From an uncultured Candidatus Saccharibacteria bacterium (GTDB lineage Bacteria; Patescibacteriota; Minisyncoccia; Phycocordibacterales; UBA5272): a DNA stretch of 54,611 nucleotides. Positions 15,410 through 25,409 of this stretch are shown one piece after another. The stretch's first letter is position 1; each line of letters starts with the position of its first letter. Both the position numbers and the translations under genes were made by a program. The notes beneath the pieces are model-generated. The model searched no databases. It had not been told where the DNA came from and worked only from the letters and a program-made list of their open reading frames with translations. The stretch spans positions 1 through 54,611 of the forward strand of contig CAYWTC010000001.1 in NCBI GenBank assembly GCA_964461165.1, given 5' to 3'.

Positions 15410-18400
15410 TTCATATCCCTAAATCGCTTTCCTGGATATCTGAAAAAGAATACGGGGATAAGCACGAGGGTGAGTATCATCGCAAATGATAGTCCGAACA
15501 TAATCGCGAAGGCGAGGGGGCCCCAGAGTGCAGACACTCCTGCAAGCGGAATCATTCCAATAACTGTCGTAACCGTTGTAAGGAAGATTGGGCGAAGTCG
15601 TATCGCAGATGACTCTACAATCGCATCACGCAAAGACTCAGGTGTACCGTGCTCTTTGTTGTTATCTAGTCTATGAAGAATAGAGTCAAGAAGAATAATC
15701 GCATGGTTTATGATCACACCAGCCAATGCGATAAGTCCAAGCATTGATGAAAATGAGAGTGGTTGACCAGTAACAGCCAGTCCACCAAGAACTCCAATGA
15801 GAGACAGTGGGATAGCGAGAAGTAAGTAAAACGAATATCTGAATGAGTTAAATTCAAGTACAAGAATCGCAAGCATACCAAGCATGCCAGCAAGGAGCGC
15901 GAGCCCCATTTCTGCAAAGGTACGATTCACTTCTTCATTATCTCCACCATATGACACTGTCACAGTATCCGGCAGGTTAAGTAATGCTTCCTGCTTTTTA
16001 AAGTCATTTACAATTTCAATTGCATTCCCGGTACTCGTAAGCTTGCTCGTGACCATTGCGATGCGTTTTTGATTCTCATGCTGAATGACTGCACGTGATG
16101 GTGCTATCTTCGTTTCAATCAGTGAACCAAGAAGCACTGTACCTGTGGGTGTCACAATGGGGAACTGTTTAATACTATCAATCGTTGTCTTAATCGTGTC
16201 TTCTGGATTAACAAACTCTGCATTAAGATCAGCCTTTACGATGACATCAATATCATTTGACTGTTGTTTTATTGTCGTCGCTGTTACACCAGACACTGCT
16301 GTGCGAAGTGTTTGAGCAATCGACGCCGCAGAGAGTCCGGCTTGAGTAGCCTTTTCTTTGTCGACAGTTATTTCAAATTGAGTTCCGTCGTCACGAAGAG
16401 ATGTCGTAACATCAAGCGTACCAGGTAGTGATGTGAGTAACGTCTCTGCTTTATCCGCAGCCTGTGCGAGCTCGTCTAAGTTATCTCCCACAAATTTAAT
16501 CACCACAGGGTCACTACTTGGTGGACCATTATTTGACTGTCCAACTTTGACGTCAGCCGATGTGATTGGGGCTAGATCCTCACGAAGGACATCAACGATC
16601 TCTGTCGATGATAACTTTCGCTCTTTGTACAGAAGCACGGTAATATTTGCGAGTTTTGACCCTGCACTTGAACCATTTCCAGAAAATGCAGAACTACCTC
16701 CAACTGTTGTTACAAAGGACTGCACATGAGGACTTGCATAGAGGATCTCCTCAACTTCACGTACAGAAAGGTCCGTGAGGGCAAGCGGCGTTCCTTGTTT
16801 ACGTTCGACGGACACAATCACAAAAGATTGATCGTCCTGAGGGAAAAACGCTACTTTCACAAGTCCTGTAACAGGGAGTGCAATACTAAGAACAAACGCG
16901 AGTGCGAGTCCTGCCAAAAATCGGTTCTGATTTTTACGACTATCAAGCAGTGACCCTAGGAAGTTTTTATACCATGTAGCTGCTTTATGTGACCACGCTT
17001 CTTGTATGTCTTCAAAACGGCTTTTATGGTCCTTAGTGAGGAGGATCGCCAAAAGTGGTACGAAACCAAGTGCTACCACAATAGACGCAAGGAGGACGAA
17101 AATAATCGTAAATGGAATAGATGCAATAAACTTGCCAACCACACCAGACAAGAAGAAGAGTGGAGCAAATACAGCTACTGTCGTCATCGTTCCTGCAATA
17201 AGCGGCCATGCGTACTCTTTAATTGTTGCAACCGCTGCATCGTACGCATTCCCATATACTTTTGTACGCGTATGTATTGCTTCTGCGACCACAATACCAG
17301 AGTCAACCAAGATACCGATAGCAAGAATAAGTGAGAACAGTGAGATAAAGTTAATTGTGTTCCCAGATAGATAGAGCCCTGTGAATGCAATCACAAATGA
17401 AAGCGGTATTGAAAGCCCGGCCACGAGTGACTCGCGCCATCCGATAGTAAGGAAGAGTACCAACATCACAAGGATTACCGTTTCAAACCCGACACGAGTA
17501 AGTTCTTTCAAATCCTTTTCGACTTGTTCACCACCATCAAATGACACGACAACCTCAGCTCCTTGAAGTTTTGTTGCTTTTAAATCTTCTATCTTTGCAC
17601 GAACGTCGCGAGCAATTTTTGTCACGTCGCCACCTGATTTTTTATACACATTCAGCGTCAAAGCATTTTGTGATGGCTGACCATTCACAGAAACGCGAGA
17701 GAACGTCCGTGGTGCCTCAAGACCGTCTGCGATGAATGCAATATCTCGGAGGTATACAGGAACACCAGAGGGTGACTGAATAGTGATCTGTGGTATTTCT
17801 GATGCTTCGTTGATAGCACCATCAAGCTTAATAGGGTAATCAATATCTGATACGGTAATGTTTCCTATTGGAAATGACACGTTAGCAGATTGTAGTGCTG
17901 CAATAACTTGACCAAGCGATATGTTGTATTTCGCAAGCTCTGTCTTACGTACAACAACCTGAACTTCTCGATCTCGTGTACCCGATGTCTCGACTTTTGA
18001 TACACCAGATACTTTCTTCAGCTCTCGTTCTAGGTCGTCCCCAAGAGCAGTAAACCCAGCAGGGGAGAGGTCCTGAGAAATAGAGAGTATGAGCATTGGC
18101 TGGTCGGCAAAGTTTATCTTTGTGACCATTGGCTCAGTAGCGTCGTCTGGTAAATCTCCCTTACCTTTATCAACAGCATCTTTAAGATTCTGAATTGATT
18201 TTTCAATATCTGCTGATGCAATAAACTGCGCAGTAATAACTGATACACCTTCTGCAGATGACGATGTTACTTTATCAATATTTTCAATGTTGGCAATGTC
18301 ATCTTCAAGCTTGTCTGTAATCAATGTTTCAACATCTTGCGCAGAACCGCCACGGAGCACCGTAGAGACAATACCCACAGGGATAATAACCTCAGGTGAT

Positions 18401-18510
18401 GACTCCTTAGGAATACCGACGAGTGAGTACATACCCATACTGATGAGTGTGAACATGAGCATGTATGTAAATGCTCGTTTTTTGAGAAAAAATACCCAGA
18501 GATTATGCAT
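15406..18510 (-). CDS. RND efflux transporter, AcrB/AcrD/AcrF family
   Basis: 1034 aa with a 12-TM RND architecture and two large periplasmic loops. Confidence 0.9.
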   Translation of the reverse strand: MHNLWVFFLKKRAFTYMLMFTLISMGMYSLVGIPKESSPEVIIPVGIVSTVLRGGSAQDVETLITDKLEDDIANIENIDKVTSSSAEGVSVITAQFIASADIEKSIQNLKDAVDKGKGDLPDDATEPMVTKINFADQPMLILSISQDLSPAGFTALGDDLERELKKVSGVSKVETSGTRDREVQVVVRKTELAKYNISLGQVIAALQSANVSFPIGNITVSDIDYPIKLDGAINEASEIPQITIQSPSGVPVYLRDIAFIADGLEAPRTFSRVSVNGQPSQNALTLNVYKKSGGDVTKIARDVRAKIEDLKATKLQGAEVVVSFDGGEQVEKDLKELTRVGFETVILVMLVLFLTIGWRESLVAGLSIPLSFVIAFTGLYLSGNTINFISLFSLILAIGILVDSGIVVAEAIHTRTKVYGNAYDAAVATIKEYAWPLIAGTMTTVAVFAPLFFLSGVVGKFIASIPFTIIFVLLASIVVALGFVPLLAILLTKDHKSRFEDIQEAWSHKAATWYKNFLGSLLDSRKNQNRFLAGLALAFVLSIALPVTGLVKVAFFPQDDQSFVIVSVERKQGTPLALTDLSVREVEEILYASPHVQSFVTTVGGSSAFSGNGSSAGSKLANITVLLYKERKLSSTEIVDVLREDLAPITSADVKVGQSNNGPPSSDPVVIKFVGDNLDELAQAADKAETLLTSLPGTLDVTTSLRDDGTQFEITVDKEKATQAGLSAASIAQTLRTAVSGVTATTIKQQSNDIDVIVKADLNAEFVNPEDTIKTTIDSIKQFPIVTPTGTVLLGSLIETKIAPSRAVIQHENQKRIAMVTSKLTSTGNAIEIVNDFKKQEALLNLPDTVTVSYGGDNEEVNRTFAEMGLALLAGMLGMLAILVLEFNSFRYSFYLLLAIPLSLIGVLGGLAVTGQPLSFSSMLGLIALAGVIINHAIILLDSILHRLDNNKEHGTPESLRDAIVESSAIRLRPIFLTTVTTVIGMIPLAGVSALWGPLAFAIMFGLSFAMILTLVLIPVFFFRYPGKRFRDMK

Positions 18511-18532
18511 ATATGTGGTATGTGTTATTAAA

Positions 18533-20152
18533 TTATTCTTGTACCGTTACCGTAAGATTCGCTTTAAGTCCTCTAGCGTCGACAACAATTACCTCAGAAC
18601 CACTAAGCCCAGACGTGATTTGAATTTGATCACCCAAAATAGCACCTTCTTGTACAGGGATGGCAACGAGTGTACTTGATGCACTCACCGTAAAGACGAA
18701 GGCACCTTGGGGTGTCAGTTTAAGAGCAGAGAGGGGGACTTTGACTGGCCCTGATACCGCCTGTGTAACCGCAGTACTTTTTGTTGCACCTATAACGACA
18801 TGCACCGACTGGCCGTTCACGAGTGTGGCAGCTTTATCTGTAATACCGATACGCACCTCTATTTTCTTGGTACGAGGGTCAATCGCTTGAGCTTTGCGGG
18901 TAATTACACCGTTAAGTGTGTCTTCGATCTTTACAGGATTACCAACGGTAATACGTCGAGCATCTTCGTCCGTCACATATGAAATAACTTCAAGCGCTCC
19001 ATTATTAGACACAACTGCTACTTCGGCAAATGAAGTTACAAAGTCGCCAGTCTCAATCGAGAGTGAGTTAAGTGTGCCTGTAATCGGGCTGCGAATAATT
19101 GTTTTTTCAAGACGAGACAGTGCTGCATTGTATGCACCGAGAGCTGACTTTACCGCAGCATCAGATGTTGCAATATTTGCGTCGCCTGAGGTGACAGTTT
19201 TACCAGATATTTCCTGTGCAGCAATACTTGATGTGAGAGCAGTCTTGGTAAGTGTTAGTGATGAAATAGTACCTGAAATAGATCCACGAGCTACACCAAC
19301 TGAAGCCTTTGCAGCATCGAGCGCTGCCTGAGAAAAGGTACTATCCGGTAATGCTTTGTTGTACGCAGTAGCCAAGTCATCAAGGTACAGCTTAATCGTT
19401 TGAGACTCTTTCAAAATCACACCGACTTCTGTTACAAGATCACTTGATGAAGTAAGTGTTTTGTTACGTGCCTCTCTGGCGAGAAGCATGACTTCGATAC
19501 TTTGACGCTTTGTTTCAAGAGAGTTTACCAACGACTGGTCCGGAACAGACGGTAGGAAGCGTATATCAATATTATCAGCATTACTATATCCAGCTGTCGT
19601 TTTGACACGGATAACATCGTCCATAGTTGTATACGCACTTGAAATTGTGTTCAACGCTGTTGACTGTGTATCACCAAGAGATGTATTTGTTGTGCCTGAG
19701 TTAATACGGGCAATATCTCGCGACGCACGTGCTGCATCGTAAGCTCCTTCTGCTTGAAGCATTGATGCTCGTTCGCCAGAGTTTTCAATCTCTGCAATAA
19801 TCTGTCCTGCAATAACAGTATCTCCAAGACGCTTATATACTTTTGTGAGCTTACCTGACGACTCCGAACGAATCGTAGCTTCACTTGTAGAAGTAACGAT
19901 ACCAACAAGAGGGAGGTCTGTATCTTTATTCGTAAGGTCCGAGACAGAGGCGATTCGCACAAGAGGGGTCGATGTAGCAGTAGATACTTCTACCACGTCA
20001 CCACCAAATGATCGCACCGCAAGAACCACGACAAGTACCGCTGCTGCTGCGACTCCTATCTGCGCATATCGAGAGAGCTCTTTATACCATGCAGTAAGCT
20101 GAGTAATAATACCTCGAACATAATATATAATTTTTTGTAAATGTTTGTTCAT
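18533..20152 (-). CDS. RND efflux periplasmic adaptor (HlyD/MFP family)
   Basis: 539 aa. N-terminal TM, lipoyl/hairpin/beta-barrel-like pattern. Lies immediately upstream of the RND pump. Confidence 0.8.
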   Translation of the reverse strand: MNKHLQKIIYYVRGIITQLTAWYKELSRYAQIGVAAAAVLVVVLAVRSFGGDVVEVSTATSTPLVRIASVSDLTNKDTDLPLVGIVTSTSEATIRSESSGKLTKVYKRLGDTVIAGQIIAEIENSGERASMLQAEGAYDAARASRDIARINSGTTNTSLGDTQSTALNTISSAYTTMDDVIRVKTTAGYSNADNIDIRFLPSVPDQSLVNSLETKRQSIEVMLLAREARNKTLTSSSDLVTEVGVILKESQTIKLYLDDLATAYNKALPDSTFSQAALDAAKASVGVARGSISGTISSLTLTKTALTSSIAAQEISGKTVTSGDANIATSDAAVKSALGAYNAALSRLEKTIIRSPITGTLNSLSIETGDFVTSFAEVAVVSNNGALEVISYVTDEDARRITVGNPVKIEDTLNGVITRKAQAIDPRTKKIEVRIGITDKAATLVNGQSVHVVIGATKSTAVTQAVSGPVKVPLSALKLTPQGAFVFTVSASSTLVAIPVQEGAILGDQIQITSGLSGSEVIVVDARGLKANLTVTVQE

Positions 20153-20181
20153 ATAATTGAAAATAATTGTTTGTATATAAC

Positions 20182-20655
20182 CTACTTCTTGGTGAGAAGT
20201 GAGCTTAGTACGGCTGTGAAGTTTTTCATAATTCCATCTCTGTCTTTTTCTTTAATACACATAAATATGTGATCGAGTTCTGTATCGATAACCTTTCGAG
20301 CGTGTTCAAAGACTTTTGTACCTTGTGGTGTTATTTCAATACTGTGCTTGCGGCGATTCTGAGGGTCTTCTTTACGTGACAAAAGTCCGAGCTTTACGAG
20401 CGTAGAAATATGTCTACTAACCGTAGCCTCAGTAAGATAGAGATGGTCTGCAATTGCTGACTGTGAAACAGGGGCGCCTTCACCACACTGAAATCCGACC
20501 AAAATCATAAATTGAGAAAAAGAAATTGATTTTGATTTCAAAAGGGCATGCTCTAAATGTTTTTGAACCAAAAAATACATTTGATGTACCGAGTACATGA
20601 ATGTTTTTGAGAAGTCGTGCTTATGAGCTGGACAAACTGCTGATGAACGTATCAT
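20182..20655 (-). CDS. MarR-family transcriptional regulator
   Basis: Winged HTH (SQSAIADHLYLTEATVSRHISTLVKLGLLSRKEDPQNRRKHSIEITPQG). First gene of the efflux operon. Confidence 0.85.
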   Translation of the reverse strand: MIRSSAVCPAHKHDFSKTFMYSVHQMYFLVQKHLEHALLKSKSISFSQFMILVGFQCGEGAPVSQSAIADHLYLTEATVSRHISTLVKLGLLSRKEDPQNRRKHSIEITPQGTKVFEHARKVIDTELDHIFMCIKEKDRDGIMKNFTAVLSSLLTKK

Positions 20656-20661
20656 GGTGTC

Positions 20662-20670
20662 ATTATACCA
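20662..20670 (-). promoter_or_regulatory. extended -10 element (TGGTATAAT) of marR operon
   Basis: Perfect TGnTATAAT on the minus strand, 6 nt upstream of ATG 20655. Confidence 0.5.
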
Positions 20671-20713
20671 CAGACCGTAATTATTAGCAAGCTAAGTGTT
20701 TAGAGATAACAGT

Positions 20714-20748
20714 ACCCCGAACCATGCCGGTTCGGGGTGTTTATTTTC
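20714..20748. terminator. GC-rich hairpin downstream of cassette E gene 2
   Basis: 10-bp stem accccgaacc/ggttcggggt. The T-rich tail is on the plus strand only, so the orientation is ambiguous. Confidence 0.5.
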
Positions 20749-20767
20749 TGCCGCAGATGTGCAGACC

Positions 20768-21112
20768 TTACTCCTGGGTAGTAACCTCAGTCTCGGGTGC
20801 AAGCATTCGAACTTCTTCAAACGTAGAGTCCTTTTGTCGCGTCGAGATATGAATTTCTCCCCAGCCGCACGACCGCACGTAGCTTAGAAAATCTGGATGA
20901 ATTACTTCCTCATTCAAGATTCCTTCGGTACTAAACAGTCGATACAAGCGTGTCGAGCCTTTTCGTGCGCTCACGATAATCATGACGGCAACTACCTTTG
21001 TGTTGCCGTCAACAGCCTCACGCACTTGGCTTCGAGTGGGGATGTGATACCCACTACAAGCACTACGGCAATCTCCTACACCGTTCGGTAATATCAACGC
21101 TAAGATTTGCAT
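20768..21112 (-). CDS. hypothetical protein, 114 aa (GC-rich cassette E, gene 2)
   Basis: AAGGAA (21121-21126) lies 8 nt upstream of the ATG. No family recognised. Confidence 0.5.
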   Translation of the reverse strand: MQILALILPNGVGDCRSACSGYHIPTRSQVREAVDGNTKVVAVMIIVSARKGSTRLYRLFSTEGILNEEVIHPDFLSYVRSCGWGEIHISTRQKDSTFEEVRMLAPETEVTTQE

Positions 21113-21187
21113 ATCTAAGATTCCTTTTATATATCACCCACCACAGATCAACCGAGGTACATAGTAAGTGAGTACGTATCGAAAGTC

Positions 21188-21219
21188 AAAGAAAAGAAAA
21201 ACACCGCCGAAGCGATGTT
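21188..21219 (-). terminator. intrinsic terminator after cassette E gene 1
   Basis: Minus-strand stem aacaucgc/gcgguguu with a UUCG loop, followed by uuucuuuucuuu. Confidence 0.65.
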
Positions 21220-21251
21220 TCAAACAGGTCGCACACTAGCGACACCCCAAA

Positions 21252-22091
21252 CTACTTGGGCGCGGTTGATCCTGGCACAAACTCCTGATGCCGAAACGCT
21301 CCAACAAGCCTGGCAACATAGACCGTCATATGCGCCAGCGCAAGCCGCGCCTTGACGTTCTCAGGGGCTCTCACAGCTGGCACAACATCTGCTTCGTAGG
21401 CGTCCCAATATGAGCGCGCCACGAACGTCACTGCGCGCTCGGTGCTCGGCTCTAGGTGCACCACGTGACAGTAGTTGCAGTCGTCATTTGCAGCTCGCGC
21501 TACACGCGAAGCTGTGCCCGGGATAAACGGGTCGAGTAGATCTTTCGTCACAACAACGGTGACCGTGTGCAACTTTCCGTTTGATTTGCCCCGCGCATCT
21601 ATCGCTATGACGTAGCGACTCGCCCCAGGAACCCTCATGATCTCTCGCGGGAGCTTCTGGAAGAGCTTACACAGACCTTCAGGTGACATGGTTACTGGGA
21701 GCGTGCCAATGGCGTACCCTTCAGAACCATCAACCTGAAAGCAGCCTTCCCAGTACGGGGTCACTAGCAAATCATCAAATGAAAGCTTGTCAGGTTTCTT
21801 ATCTGATGGTTTTTTTTCTGACGGTTTTACCCTGATGACAAAAGGGCGACAGCGCTCACCATCTTCGCCAACAAAAGATACCAGGCCGTCTTGGTAGAGA
21901 TCCGCAGAAGGAGCAAGAAACTGTTGGTCTAGTATGCGAAAAGCAGAACAAGCTGTACGCAGTACCTTGACCACCAGAACCCGCTCTTCTTGGCGAGAAG
22001 CAAAGAAAGAAAGCAGACTTCTCTGTAAACCTACCGAGAAGTCTTTCACTGAAAACCACGGAGTGAACGTGGTGCGAATAGTATCGCTCAT
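21252..22091 (-). CDS. hypothetical two-domain protein, 279 aa (GC-rich cassette E, gene 1)
   Basis: GAGG lies 6 nt upstream of ATG 22091 (the ORF-track TTG is at 22103). Lys/Pro-rich linker KPSEKKPSDKKPDK between two domains. GC-rich (36/60 at 21361-21420). No family recognised. Confidence 0.6.
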   Translation of the reverse strand: MSDTIRTTFTPWFSVKDFSVGLQRSLLSFFASRQEERVLVVKVLRTACSAFRILDQQFLAPSADLYQDGLVSFVGEDGERCRPFVIRVKPSEKKPSDKKPDKLSFDDLLVTPYWEGCFQVDGSEGYAIGTLPVTMSPEGLCKLFQKLPREIMRVPGASRYVIAIDARGKSNGKLHTVTVVVTKDLLDPFIPGTASRVARAANDDCNYCHVVHLEPSTERAVTFVARSYWDAYEADVVPAVRAPENVKARLALAHMTVYVARLVGAFRHQEFVPGSTAPK

Positions 22092-22441
22092 GGGGAACCT
22101 CAACTTTCTATAAGTAAGAGGGGGGTTAAAAATAGGACTCTTAAAAACTTATCCTACAGAGAAACCTAGGCAAAGTCAATTATGTAAAAATAAACCAGAG
22201 GCCTGAGAGGGGTGACCTCGTTCTCAAACAGCGCCAGTCTCTAAAGTTTTCTGCACGCGAATTGTTATACCGTGGGAATGCAAAGTTGTGATGATATATA
22301 AAGACAAGAGAGGACAAGGGTTTTTTAATATAGGTAATGTCGCACAATATATCTTTTACGACTATAAGGTCTTGGAATTATCCACAGGTCAAGCTCTATG
22401 CCTATGACTCATAGCTTCTAACTACGTGACCCCAACTACAC

Positions 22442-22473
22442 ATAAAAACACCCACCGAGTTTCGATGAGTGTT
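22442..22473 (-). terminator. intrinsic terminator after small membrane peptide ORF
   Basis: Minus-strand stem aacacuca/uggguguu (one G-U pair), followed by UUUUUAUG. Confidence 0.55.
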
Positions 22474-22540
22474 TTATCTCGTCTATGTACTGAGTTAAAA
22501 AGCACTACGAGCTTCCAGCGACAAGCTCACAACTGTAATT

Positions 22541-22642
22541 CTAGCGCAACTTAAAAATCACTATATACATGCCAAGCATCAAGCCGAGCAAAAATGCTGT
22601 TAGTGTTATGAGTGCAAACGCTGCATAAGTAAATGTAATCAT
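22541..22642 (-). CDS. putative 33-aa hydrophobic membrane peptide
   Basis: Product is MITFTYAAFALITLTAFLLGLMLGMYIVIFKLR, found by manual translation (below the ORF-track cutoff). TGATACACT (22652-22660) lies 9 nt upstream, and a terminator lies about 70 nt downstream. Confidence 0.4.
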   Translation of the reverse strand: MITFTYAAFALITLTAFLLGLMLGMYIVIFKLR

Positions 22643-22662
22643 ATGTTAGAAAGTGTATCACA

Positions 22663-23946
22663 TTAGAAGTAGCTCATCGGATTTAAGTATCCAGCACGTG
22701 GAGCAATCGGTAGTATCAAGTATGTACCACAGACTTTACTTTTATATTCAGTTGGGCCAGTTATGTGTACCGCAGCAGTCAAGAATACAGAAAAGTGAAG
22801 ATGTGGTCCAGTTGAATATCCGCTCTTACCTGAGAGACCAACTTTTTCTCCGGATACAACTTTTTGTCCTGGTGTTACAAGTATCGAAGAAAGATGCCCG
22901 TACACACTTGACAAACCGTTATTATGTTGTACCAAAACCCACTTACCGTAGGAGGCACCACGGCATGCAATGTCTGTGTCCCCTGCCCCGACGACCACCC
23001 CGTCGCGAACGGAGAGAATTGGCGTACCGATAGGTGCGGCAAAGTCCATACCGTTGTGTCCAGCACCATTATATATTTGTGGGTTTTTACTTGAGAATGG
23101 CGTGTTACCGAAATACTGTGTAATGTTTACTTTATCAAGTGGGTATCGTAATACTCCTTTCCCATATGCAGGGACCTTCGTTGGGTCAACTGGTACGTTA
23201 AGCTTTGACTCCATATCAAGCATTTCTTGTTCAAGGGCAACTTTTTTCTTTTGACGGTCTGCAAGCACTTTCTGATACTCTGATTCTTTGTTTTTTGTTT
23301 CTACAAGAAGCACATTTTTCTCCTGTTTATTTTGTTCAATCAAGCCTTTTTGCTGTGAGAGAGTATCTGTAAGTGATATCAGCTGTTCTTTGTGTTCCTT
23401 ATAATTTTCTTGTGCTTCTTCTAAGTTACGCGTTGTTTCTCGTACGTCAGCCACTTTATTACCAACAGCCTGAGAAATATCCGCAGATTTTTTCAGTGCA
23501 TCAAGACTTTCAAAAAGACTGTCTCTCTGCGATGACATGAGTGACAAAAGTGGCGACATGGCATCATACTGATACATCATCGAGCGAAGCATTTCTTCAA
23601 GTGCATGCTTGTTCGTATCAAGAATAGTTTTGGTCTGAGTAATCTTACCCTCTGTTAAGGTAATCTTCTTTTCTGCTTGTTCTATTTGAAGATTTGTTTT
23701 TTTAATCTTCACGAGCAACTCACCACGACGACTCTCGAGCTGTGCAAGGGCTTGCTGTAGAGTCTTTGCCTGTCCTTGAGACGACTGGACCTTTGTTGTG
23801 TACTCTTGTATTTCTTTATCAAGAGATTGTATCTGTGATTGAAGACTGTCGACACTTGCACGTAAGTCACTTGCGGTCTGAGCATATACAGACACACACG
23901 TCGTCACAATGATACCAATACACAGAGAGCAAAGAGTTCGATACAT
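22663..23946 (-). CDS. M23-family peptidoglycan endopeptidase with long N-terminal coiled coil (EnvC-like)
   Basis: HNGMDFAAPIGTPI and GYSTGPHLHF metal-binding motifs. The N-terminal half is heptad-rich. Confidence 0.85.
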   Translation of the reverse strand: MYRTLCSLCIGIIVTTCVSVYAQTASDLRASVDSLQSQIQSLDKEIQEYTTKVQSSQGQAKTLQQALAQLESRRGELLVKIKKTNLQIEQAEKKITLTEGKITQTKTILDTNKHALEEMLRSMMYQYDAMSPLLSLMSSQRDSLFESLDALKKSADISQAVGNKVADVRETTRNLEEAQENYKEHKEQLISLTDTLSQQKGLIEQNKQEKNVLLVETKNKESEYQKVLADRQKKKVALEQEMLDMESKLNVPVDPTKVPAYGKGVLRYPLDKVNITQYFGNTPFSSKNPQIYNGAGHNGMDFAAPIGTPILSVRDGVVVGAGDTDIACRGASYGKWVLVQHNNGLSSVYGHLSSILVTPGQKVVSGEKVGLSGKSGYSTGPHLHFSVFLTAAVHITGPTEYKSKVCGTYLILPIAPRAGYLNPMSYF

Positions 23947-23952
23947 ACGACC

Positions 23953-25398
23953 CTATGTTGTAGACATTAATGAAATAGCATCTATTCGAGCAAGTGCTTC
24001 TTCCTTGCCAAGGAGATAGCATAACGTAAAAGGATCAATTGATTTTTCTTTTCCTGAAAGGGTCATACGGAGCGGCCAGAGAACGTTTCCCTTACCATGT
24101 TCTTCCGCGTACGGCATAATGAGAGATTTAATGGTTTCAGGAGATGTATAGTCTGCCGTTTCAAGAAGTACTCGAAGCGCATGAAGGTGAATAAGAGCTT
24201 GAGAAAAACCAGCATCTTTCCATTCTATTTTTTTAATATCAAAACCATCTCCCAACTGAGGAGCTTTCACCAGGTATGCGAACTCTTCTTTTTCTATCTG
24301 AGCTATTTCACCGAAGCAGCTGATGCGATCAATAACATACGGGTACAGCTTTTCGACGAGGGTTTCTGGATACAGAGGAAGAGCTTCTTGCACACGCGCC
24401 TTTTTGTCCACAGGAGCAAGAGCTCGTATATGCTCTTTATTCATCCACAATAACTTCTCTTCATTAAACATGGCACCAGACTTGTGTATCTTTGTGATAT
24501 CAAAGAGTTCGACGAGTTCTTGCTGGGTCATAATTTCTTTATCTCCTCCTGGGTTCCATCCAAGCAATGCTAAGAAGTTCATCATTGCTTCTGGTAAGAA
24601 TCCTTCATTTCGATAATCTAAAATATCTTTCGCGCCGTCACGCTTACCAAGTTTCTTATTTCCTTCTGGTGCAAGGATTGGGGGTAATGTAACAAATGTC
24701 GGATGACTAATACCAAGAGCATCGTACAGTGATAAAAATTTTGGAGTTGAGGCGATGAACTCATCAGAGCGCATGATGTGAGTCACCTCCATTTCCAAGT
24801 CATCGATAATATGCGCAAAATTGTATGTTGGATATCCATCACTTTTGATAAGAATAAAATCATCCAACGCCTCCTCCCCTGCTGTGAGTTCTCCACGAAC
24901 AGCGTCGTGCCAGGTATAACTTTTTACTTCAGGGACTTTAAAACGTAGTGGCTTTGTGCCGTCCCACGGGATAGTTGTCTCTGGTCTGTGATCGCGATAC
25001 AGAAAGGCCCGTTTCTCAGATTCCGCTTGTGTACGAAACAAAGCGACTTCGTCTTCTGTGTACGGATCGGCGTATGCGTAACCTTTATCGATAAGTATCT
25101 GCGCGTACTTTTTATATGAGTCTAGTCGCTGTGACTGAATATACGGTGCGTGTGGCCCACCGATATCAACTCCTTCATCCCATGTTATGCCAAGCCATTT
25201 TAAAGACTCAATAATATGTGGGATAGAGCCTTCTACTTCACGAGCCTTGTCAGTATCCTCAATACGAAGAATAAATGTCCCATTATTTTTTCGCGCCCAG
25301 GCCCAGGCATAGAGTGCCGTACGGACACCTCCAACATGCATAAATCCGGTAGGACTTGGAGCGAAGCGTGTGACTACTTTTTTGTTGTCGTGGTTCAT
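23953..25398 (-). CDS. gltX: glutamate--tRNA ligase
   Basis: PSPTGFMHVGG (HIGH) and KLGKR (KMSKS-like). 481 aa. Confidence 0.9.
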   Translation of the reverse strand: MNHDNKKVVTRFAPSPTGFMHVGGVRTALYAWAWARKNNGTFILRIEDTDKAREVEGSIPHIIESLKWLGITWDEGVDIGGPHAPYIQSQRLDSYKKYAQILIDKGYAYADPYTEDEVALFRTQAESEKRAFLYRDHRPETTIPWDGTKPLRFKVPEVKSYTWHDAVRGELTAGEEALDDFILIKSDGYPTYNFAHIIDDLEMEVTHIMRSDEFIASTPKFLSLYDALGISHPTFVTLPPILAPEGNKKLGKRDGAKDILDYRNEGFLPEAMMNFLALLGWNPGGDKEIMTQQELVELFDITKIHKSGAMFNEEKLLWMNKEHIRALAPVDKKARVQEALPLYPETLVEKLYPYVIDRISCFGEIAQIEKEEFAYLVKAPQLGDGFDIKKIEWKDAGFSQALIHLHALRVLLETADYTSPETIKSLIMPYAEEHGKGNVLWPLRMTLSGKEKSIDPFTLCYLLGKEEALARIDAISLMSTT

Positions 25399-25409
25399 GG
25401 GTGTAGTAA

